This document shows, piece after piece, positions 50,301 through 60,800 of a stretch of DNA of 64,000 nucleotides (its first letter is position 1; each line of letters begins with the position of its first letter). A program made the translations under genes and the position numbers. The notes beneath the pieces are model-generated. The model searched no databases. It was not told the origin of the DNA and worked only from the letters and a program-made list of their open reading frames with translations. This stretch comes from Vicugna vicugna (taxonomy: Eukaryota), in the NCBI GenBank assembly GCA_013265495.1, contig MU058781.1:12197009-12261008 (forward strand). The letters are read 5' to 3'.

Positions 50301-53300
50301 TAATTTTTCCCTTTATTTTTCTTCATTAATCTTCTTTATTTCATTAATTTTACTAGTTTTCAAAGAAGCAACTTTGATATTGTTGGTTTTATGTATCATT
50401 TTTGGCCCTAATCTTCATAATTTCTTTTCTACTTTCTTTGGGTTTAATTTGCTACTTTTCCCCTACTTGAGATACAAACATGATTATTGATCTTAAGACT
50501 TAATTGTCTTTCAATATATATGTTTAAAGATATACATTTCTCATGGACATGATTTTAAATACATCCCACATGCTTTGAAATGTCATATTTCATTGTAATT
50601 TAGTTATGAAGTATTTTCTAATTTCAAATATGATTTCCTCTTTTACCTAAACATTAATTTCAAAGCAATGGGAGTTACCTATCTTTTGCTTTTGGTAGTA
50701 ACCTTAATTTCATTATGATTAAAGAATATATTCTGAATGATTTCAGTCACTTAAAATGAACTGCAGCTTGTTTTATGATCTATCATATTGTTAATTTCAG
50801 AAAATGTCCCATGGGCAATTGAAAAGAATGTAAATTCTCTCCTTGTTGAGTGCAGTGTTCTACGTATGCCAACCAGGTCAACTTGTTAACTGTTGTTGTA
50901 ATCATCCATATCCTTACTCTTGTCTACCTCTTTTTTTGTATAAGCTATTGAAAGAGATGTGTGAAAGTCTCTTTCTTCGTTGTAAATTTGCTTAGTTCTT
51001 TGGATTCTCTCGACTCATGATGAATATAAATTAAAGCTGTATGATTTGGTTCCAAAAGAAGTATAATTCTGACATTTTTCTCTTTACCACTATGATATAT
51101 CACCCTTTATTTCTAGTAATGCCCCTTGCATTAAAGTCTATTTTATCTAAGATTAACATAGTTATTCCAGATTTCTTTTGGTTAATATTTGTTTGGCATA
51201 CCTTTTCACATTCTTTTATTTCATCCTTGATGTATCCTCATGTTTAATGTGTTTTTTATTTGCACCACAGACCTGCATTTCCTTTTTTATTGAGTTTGAC
51301 AATCTTGATACTTGGACTATTTCATCTATATTAATTTAATATAATTACAGATATACTTGTGATTATATTTATCTGCTCATTATTTGCTATTTGACTTCCT
51401 CTTTTTCATTGTACTTTTTCTTTCTTTTAGAGTCATCCACTTTCATTTCATTTTTCCTTCTATGACATTATTTCATTATTTTTTCAGCACTGAAGATATT
51501 ATAACATGCACTCTTCACTGAAGTTTATACTTTTACTATGTTCTCTATAATGCTGGAATAAAACTTTTTTTAACTCTATGTATCTCCCTCCTTCTCTTTG
51601 CATTATTTCATCCTGTATTTTCATTTCTTAGTGCCTTTTATATCTATATGCATTTCAACTCACAAGGTACTCTGTTTTTAAAGACAATAGTCTCTTAATT
51701 ATATGCATATTTACCCCACTATTGCTCCTCAGTCTGTCTTGCATTTTCAGGTTTCATCAGGGATAATTTATTTTTGGCTGAAAATTTCCTTTTAGTATTT
51801 CTTTTAGTGAAGATCTGGCGGCAATTTCTCTGTTTGCCTGTTTGTCTGAAAACTTTTTTTATTTTGCTTTGATTTTTGAAGAATATTTTCACTAGGCATA
51901 AAATTCTAGGTTGGCATTTACTTTTTAGCAGTTTATAGAGCTTATTTCATTATCTTCTAGCTTTCATAGTTTCTGTTGAAAAGTCAGATGTCAGGCTTAC
52001 TATTGCTACTTGCAAGTAAGATGTCTTTTCCCTCTGGTTCCTTTTCAGATTTTTCTAGTTATTTTTGGCTCTTGGTTTTCAGCATTCTTACTATATATAT
52101 TAATTTTTTAAATTTACATTTTATCGTGGTTGAAATTCACAGAGCTGTGTGCATGTGTGGTTTGCTAACTTTCATTACTTTTGGGGTTTTGGGGGGCCTT
52201 CTGTTAAAATATTGTTTATGTCACATTTTATCTCTCCTTTCCTTCTGAGACTTAAACAGATTTATTAGCCTTTTCAATTAATTCCATGTTTCTGTTGCTT
52301 TCTTTTCTTTCTTTTCTATTCTTTTACTATATATACTTTAACCTAGATTTTGTTAATGTTTTCTAGTTTACCAATCCTGTCTTCTCCTGTAGCTAATTTA
52401 TCATTAAACCTATCTATCTATTAAGATCTAATTTCAGACTTTTTTTTTCAGTTCTAGAACTTTCATTTGATTTTTTTAAATAGATTTCAATGCTGGTCAA
52501 ATTGTTTATCCTTTCATCTATTTTCTTCAGTTTTCCCCCTGGTTTCTTGGGTCTATTAATCATAGATACTTCTTGCCTGATAACTTTAATATCTGTATCA
52601 GTTGTAGGACTATTTCTAATGGCATTTTATGGTACTGGTCACATGGTCCTGTCCCTTGGCATGCCTAGTAATTTTATTAATGCTGCACATTGTGAATAAG
52701 AAGCTACAAAGACTTTAGAATATACTATATTTTGCCAGAAAAGATTTACTGTTTTCTCTAATAGTTAAATTTGGAGGGGAGGAAAGTGATCACTTTAACT
52801 TAATCAGGGGATGAACTGAGAAGAGACTAGGTTTCAATTTTGAAAGGACTCAGTTTATCTCTGGTATCCCCCATCCCCATTCCTTGGGTATAGCCCTTCA
52901 TGTTGTTAAGTAGAGAGCTCAGTATAGTCAGCTGGGTCCCTCCAGGCCGTGGTAGATCTTCTTTCCTTAGCATAGATGGTATGGGAAATTCTGCCATGTT
53001 TCTTACAGATTTTTAGCTTAGATTTTTTTTTTTTTTTTGCCTCTTACCCTATTGAACTTCAGAATTCAACAAACATCTCCAGGAGAGAAACTGACTTGGT
53101 GTTTAAATTCCCTTAATTTCAAATTTTGCCATGCTAGCCCTGTGCAACTGCCAAATGGTTGGCTAATTTCTCTGTCCAGAGCAGCAGGCTTCTACCAGGG
53201 TCAAACCTGGATTATCAGCCTTTTGCCAATTTTCAGGCCCCAGAGAAGAAGTGGAGGGATTGTCAGCTCACCTCTCCAAGATGTAAGCTTCCGATGTCTT

Positions 53301-56300
53301 TGGTCTTATTGGTTTCTGCTGCTGTCTGATTCCTTTCAGTGAATACTTATAATATTTTATCTGATCTTTTCAAGTTTTTCCCCAGCTGGAATGTCAGTCA
53401 TACACAAACTGCTCAATCCTCTGTGGAAGTTTAACAATTTTCTCAAATTTTGCTTTATGGTTGTAAAATGTTAGATGCATAGAAATAACTTCTTATGTAT
53501 TAATTATAAAATATTCTTTATCTGTAGTAATGTATCTTGCCTTAAAGTCTACACTGTCTGATCTATTTTAATTTATTTTACATTTAATCTATTACATTTT
53601 GGTTTTACTTTTATTTCAATCCAGATTAACTTACAATTTGGAATATTCAGTTCTTTTATATTTCATGTTTTTCTGATACATTTGACTTAAAATGATCATC
53701 ATTCCACTTTTTCCCACCTATTCTATATCCGTTTTTATTCCTTTCTCATTAATTTAAAAAATATCACTCTCTTTTTACTTTTATTAGCCCTCAGTAGTTA
53801 CCTTACAGGTAATATGTATCCTTGACTTATTATAGTCTAATACAAGTTAATGTTTTAAAAACTCCAATTAATGAAAGCATCTTAGGACACTTAAATTCAT
53901 TTATTCCCTCTCATCTTTTGTGCTATTTACTGTTGTGCATTTAAACTTACATATATATTTATACCATATAGGGTGTTACTGTTTTTGTGTGTGAATTCAG
54001 TAATTATTAGATTTACTCTAATATTTTCCCTCTCCATCTCTCTTCATTTGTTCCTACACCTCTGTGCTTCATCTGTGATTATTTTATTTTTGCCTGAAGA
54101 ATTCTCATTTAATAATTCTTTCACTGGAGATCTGTTGCTAATGAATTCTCACAGTTTGCCTGAAAATATTTTTATATTACCTTAATTCTTGAAGTAAACT
54201 TTTCCTAGACACAGCCTTCAAGGTTAACAGTGGTTTTTATTTGTTTGTTTACATATTAGGGATTGCCTTCTAGATTTCATAGTTTCTGTTGAGAAGGCAG
54301 ATGTCAGTATTCTTATTGCTCCTTGAAAGTAATATGCCTTTGCATAAGGCTCTTTTTAGGAGACCTCTCTCTTTTTTGGCAGTTCTGCTCTGACAAGACT
54401 AGGTGTGGTTTTCTTTGTATTTATCCTATTATATATCCTGTACATATAACACCTTTAATGACTATGTTCTCAGATTCAGAAGTCTTTAGCATGCTGTGGT
54501 GGTGGGAAAAGATTTAACCTACTTTTTACTGAAAGAGGTGCTTTCATTCCATGATTAGAGATATAAACAGAGTCCCTAGTATCAAGCATCCTGAGTACCA
54601 TGACAATTCCTCTGAAAATCATTACACATCCACAGTATGAAGCAGTTCACTGATGTGAGAGTAGCAAGCTGGAACTCTTCATGCTGGTATGTGTTTGACA
54701 TGAGGAATATAAACAACTTTGAGGTTCTTTTAATGCAGGACAATTATCTGGACAATAATTAGCTCTAAAACTGCTTATTCTTCAGCTGCAATAGCCCATA
54801 GTAAAAGTATTTTGGAAGTGTAAATAGTCCATGAAGTAGACTTTCAATTTTATTGATTTTATATTTTGGTGTAATAATGATTTAGTAGAACCTAAATAAG
54901 ATTCAGACGTCTGATACGAATGATCAATAGGCACATGAAAAAATTCTCAATATCACTAATTATCACGGAAATGAAAATCAAAACTACAATGAGGTATCAC
55001 TTCACATCAGTCAGAATGGCCATCATTCAAAAGTCCACAAATGATAAATGCTGGAGAGGCTGTGGAGAAAAGGGAACCCTCCTTCACTGCTGGTGGGAAT
55101 GCAGTTTGGTGCAGCCACTGTGGAAAACAGTATGGAGATTCCTCAAAAGACTAGGAATAGACTTACCATATGACCCAGGAATCCCACTCCTGGGCATATA
55201 TCCAGAAGGAATCCTACTTCAAAAAGACCCCTGCACCCCAACGTTCATAGCAGCACTATTTACAGTAGCCAAGACATGGAAACAGCGTAAATGTCCATCG
55301 ACAGATGACTGGATAAAGAAGATGTAGTATATTTATACAATGGAATACTACTCAGCCATAAAAGCTGACAACATAATGCCATTTGCAGTGACATGGATGT
55401 CCCTGGAGTATGTCATTCTAAGTGAAGTAAGCCAGAAAGAGAAAGAATAATACCATATTAGATCGCTTATATGTGCAATCTAAAAAGAAAAGAAAAGACA
55501 AAGACAAACGAACATAAATACAAAACAGAAACAGAATCATAGACATAGAATACACATTTGTGGTTGCCAGAGGGGAGTGGGGTGGGAAGGGACAGACTGG
55601 GAGTTTGAAATTTGTAGATACTGATAGATATATACATAGAATAGATAAACAAGTTTACACTGTATAGCACAGGGAAATATATACAAGATCTTGTGGTAGC
55701 TCATGGTGAAAAAGAATGTGACAATGAATACATGTATGCTCATATATAACTGAAAAATTGTGCTCTACACTGGAAATCGACACAACATTGTAAACTGACT
55801 ATAACTCAGTAAAATAAAAAAAGTTAATGGTATAAAGTTTCTGTTTGGGGTGATGGTAAAATTCTGAAGATGGATGGTGGTGATGTTTGCACAAAAACAT
55901 GAATGTACTTACTGCCACTGAACTGTGCATTTAAAAATGATTAAGATGGTAAATTTTACATTGTGTGTATTTTGTTACAATTTAAAAAATCCCCTGTATG
56001 TAAATAAAATACCAAAAATAAATAAAATAAAATATAGTATTAATTAAAAAAATTTTTAGAAAGATTCAGATCTGAACTATACTTTAGTCCCACATGGAGG
56101 GAAATTCAAGGGTGCATCTCTCAGTCAAAATTATTAAAAGTAATTAAAATCTTCCCATTAAGAATGTCAAGGGAATGACAGTACCTTCTTAATGCATCAC
56201 AGAGCATCTTTAAAATCTTCTGTGCTTGTCTACTCTTGCTACCCACCAAAGAGATGGTCACTACATTCCCAGGCCTTCTCTGTCTCAGTCAATCTCACTT

Positions 56301-57818
56301 CCCAAACAAAGTTTCTCATAGAACAACATCTGTGTGTCTCTTCTTCCTTCCAGAACTTCTTTCTTGTCACCTCAGTTCTACTCAAACAAATGTCATGCTT
56401 GTCCTATTCTTCAGTTCTAGCAAAGATCAAATTCTCCTAAAAGGACAATTTAGAAATTTATCCATTAAAGGAACTCTAATAGGCAATGGAGGTATATGAT
56501 TAGGAACACGTGTCATCTCCATTCCACTAATAAAAAAGTTTAAGCAATATAATTTGATATGGTTGCAATTTAATGCACATATGCCCTAGATATTGAGGAT
56601 GAACTAGCTTAAGAGACAAAGAATTTTCCCAAATTGTATATTAGTATATTCTCTCCGACCCTATAAAATTATCTGGCTAACATGAAATTTGGGCCCATTG
56701 GAATGACGTATCTCAGGTCAAGTTCTATGTTATCCAAACCATTGCTGGCTGAGGTATTTCCCATCCTACTGACCAGGTGTTGGCAAATAACACTAGTGAG
56801 GAGTGACTACAGCTAGTCAGCTGTGGAGGCAGACATATGGAGGTATGAACCCTCCCTCTACTTTCCACTAATCATGTGACTTCACATATATTCATTTAAA
56901 AAATGAGGCACATAAAAGTAATAAATGGTAGCTATCTAAAATTTCCTTTATCTACTTGCATGTACATTCTTAATTTACCTGTTTTTCAAACTGCATATGG
57001 CTCAGTTGGCATTGTGCATTCTATATCAATTAGTTCTTTTATGTCTTTATATGATTCGAAGTAATCAGAATATTTGTAGGCATTTTAAAAGAGGGTCTCA
57101 GAGCTGAATAAATTGAATGGATACTTGTCTTCATTACTCTGGCATTCACCTTGTATAGATCTGATGGGCAAGAGTCTTTACAGAATTGTGACAAAGGGGC
57201 TTATTCTTGATTGATTTTGCCTGTCTACCCCAGGACCACTGCTTTACAAAACTTCAGAGAATTCTGTTCATATTGGGTCTGTGTTCTCCAGAGACTGTTA
57301 GCTCCATAAAGTACAACATGAACAGCACCTCTGAAGTTGTGTAAATGGCAGAACTGTTTCCATTAGTCACACTTATATCTAAAAGAGGCATAACATAGTA
57401 AAATGAACAAAAGTTTTTTGCCAAATAGATCTGGATTAACATCCAAGTGGTGACATCTTAGTCTGATAATTAAGTATCTAAACTTTATGTCCTTAGTTAT
57501 AAAGTAAATATTATTAATTGATGGATTTTCATAAGAAGTAATAATATATAAACATGCATATAATAACAATATTAATAGAGCAGCTAATCCTTATACATGT
57601 TTACTATGCTCCAGGCACTATTTATATACTTGACATCTATTAACTTATTAACTTATTTAATCCACTTAATAACTTTATAAGGTAAGCATTTTCTTATTAC
57701 TCCCACTTTATTGGTGAGAAACTGGCATAGAGAAGGTAAGTAATTTGCTTGAGGAAAATGGTCAAGAAACCAATAGTTTGACTCTAGAATCCGTGCTCTT
57801 AATCATTCAGCTATACTT

Positions 57819-57861
<43 letters not shown>

Positions 57862-60800
57862 TTACATACACTTACATATATCATGAGGTACCTAATTATT
57901 ACTCAAGTTATGTCTGACCTGTATAAATGCTTCTTCATAACTTTTGGCTTGCTGGCCATCAACTCCAAAATAGTTGAAATCTTAAAACACCCTTGAGAAC
58001 TTGGATATAAGAAAGAAAGAGATTTTATAAACCCTACCTGGGAGCGATATCCAAGGCATTTATTAATATTCCGCCCAAAGCAAAGCTTCCTGATGCACTA
58101 GCAAGTATCAGGAAAATGATAATGCTATAGAAGCTGGAACTCGGGTAAAGCAGGCATAGGCTGAAGAGGGCAGGCAGGAGAAGTCCTGGGGAGTGATTCA
58201 GACAACACAGTCAGGTGCATCCCAAAGATGGGGATGAAGTGCCCCAAGTGCTTGAAGCTCCTTACCTAGCGAAGTGAAGAGTTTCCGGATGGTGAGTAAG
58301 CTGAAAATATTCCTGGACTGGAGGGTATCTGACATATGACCTGCTAGGATACTAAAAATCCAGGCAAACAAGTTGGGGAGGGAAGACAGCAGCCCATTCT
58401 GGGGAGGAAATGTTATTGTAAGAGTAAGTATGAGAGAGAGAGTAATCCCTACATTGAAATTCAGTGTCTAAAATTTGTGCCATCCTACAGGAAACCATCA
58501 ACATACAACCCCAGAAGACACTACTCAAGAGAAAGAGAAAAGCAGTTTTGAGACCAGAAACAGTTGTCACAATCTGCCTAGTCTTCTATTTCTAATATCA
58601 TGGGATGTGAAAGTTCTAGATGGTTGAGTGGAAAACTAAGACAGGAATGGGAAATGCCGTCCCTGGAAAAAATGACAGAGATAAAGATAACAATTGAAAA
58701 CATGTATAAGGTGCTTATTCTGGACCAGCTGCTCTTAATTCTTGCAACAAATCCATGGAAGATAAAATCGAATTACAGCTTAAATGACCTCACTGTTGCA
58801 CTGGCCCCTAGCCTGGGTTACTGTAAGTTCATTAAAGAAGGCCGCAAAGTGGCAAGCCTAGACTCCATTTCCAAGGAGTCTTTTCTTGTTATTATGGCAT
58901 CAAACTACAAAAGGTTCCAGGCACTAGTGATTCTCCAAATCAGACAACCAATGAGCATGCCAGTCCTTTCAGAGCAAGATGTTGAGTCATGGGTTCACAA
59001 CCCAGGACTCTTTGACTTGCCTCTGGGGAGAGGGTTGGTAGGAGCTGGGAAGGGTGGTAGAGCCTGGCCAACTGACTTTCAGGGAAGATTCCCAGTCCCT
59101 GCAGAGAACAATGGTATTGAGCCTTAAGTAATACACAAGGGTGATCATACAGCGGGTGGAAGGTAGGGAGTCTGTGGGAATGTGGGCGAGTGTGTATTGT
59201 TGTGTCTACACCTTTTGTTCTGGGCATTGTTGACATAATGATTGGAAACAGTGAGTCTCCAGGTAGAGAACATTAGCTAAACAGTACTGGTGGTGGGGGG
59301 AGATCAAGAGCTAGGATGAGAGTCACGGGGGAAAAAGAAATGAGTGCAGAGACCTTCATAAAGTTAAAAACAGAAGAACAGAAGGTATGCTTACCTCTCT
59401 TACATTAACATGGAACTTGTAGTTGATAAACATTGGTGTATACAAACTCAGGATGCTATTTGTCCAGAACATGGCAAAATTACAGAAGGAAATGACCCAG
59501 AGTGGAAGACTCTTAAGCATAGCCTTGATGGGCAGAGATGATGTACTTGATCTGTCCTGGAAAGGAACCCATTAATCGTTAGCACATTATGACAAGCTGG
59601 AACACATTTCATTTGGTGCAGAATCTGAGAGATACCAAAGTGGAGCATCTGTGTTTTACCTGGTGGGCAAGGGAGGACGTGATGTATTCCTTCTCACTAA
59701 TGCTTATACATGGGTGGTCATTTGGGTCCTCATAAAACAGAATGAACCAGAAAAGAGTTAAGGCACAGCCACAAGCACCTATCAAAGCAGGACAAGTTAG
59801 AATTGGAATTGTTTCTGTCTGTAGTGAATTTCTTTTCTAAATTGACATTTTTCATTTTTGGTTCAAGAACCTGGACTTCCTCTTTCTTTCTTGAAACTTT
59901 CTTAACAAGGCTCACATTTTTGTTAGCTTTCCCTGTATTCACAGCAGCCTCTCCCAACAGAATGAAAATTATAGAAATGGTGGTAAGCCCTGTGGCCTCT
60001 CCTAATCTAACCTCTGTATCTCTCCACTAAGGTCAGCCGGGCCTCCCTGCTCTTAGGCCTTCATCTCCACAGATTCTTAACGTGTTCTACTGTGAGAGTA
60101 TGGAACAGTGGAGCCCACACAGGGCTTGACAATCACCCAGTTTTGAGAGCTAGACCTTAGCCACGCTCCTAAGATATAGCCTAGGCCTTAGGGATCATCC
60201 AAGTCTGATAAGAATTTGCCAGATTATTTGTTGGTTTTGAATTTTTTATACTAATAATCTGATCATAAGGAATACTCTTTTAGGACCAGGGGTATATAGT
60301 GCTCATTAGTCAGTCTACCAGAGATGCGTTCATTCATTCGACAAATATTGATGAAATGCCCATTATGTACTATGCATGATTCTAGGTACTGGGAATACAG
60401 CAGCGAATAAAACAGACAAAAAGCTTCAGAGTTTACTTTCTAATGGATGAGCAAAAGAGATAATGAAAAGTAAATAAATAAAAGGTAGTAAATGTCAGTG
60501 ACAAGAGCTATGGAAGGAGGTTACGAGGGGAGGAAGGAAGGGGTACTATGCTCAGGGAAGGCTGGGACATGGATGTGGGGCAGGCATATTCCAAGCAGAG
60601 AGATAGAAATGCTAATAAAGAATCAAAAGGAAATCTAAGAAATCAAAACATCGTAACAAAAATGAAGAATATCTTTAATGGGCTCATCAACAGACTAGAC
60701 AAGATCAAAGAAAGAACTATTGAACTTTAGGAAATGTCCATAGTAATTTCCAAAGCTGAATTGCAAATAGAGAAAAAGAATAAACAAGACACAACAAAAT

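Noticed and set aside
51960..54340. Similar segments at about 51961 and 54275 suggesting a local duplication
   Set aside because: Both are diverged copies of the same ancient L1/HAL1 ORF1 region, better explained by independent insertions.
54920..55327. 135-aa ORF with a Cys/His motif
   Set aside because: L1 ORF2 C-terminus truncated by TGG>TAG; not a host gene.
58600..59127. Longest ORF in the track (175 aa, + strand)
   Set aside because: Antisense inside an SLC17A1 intron, with no recognisable domain or exon context. Probably chance within an old repeat-like stretch.
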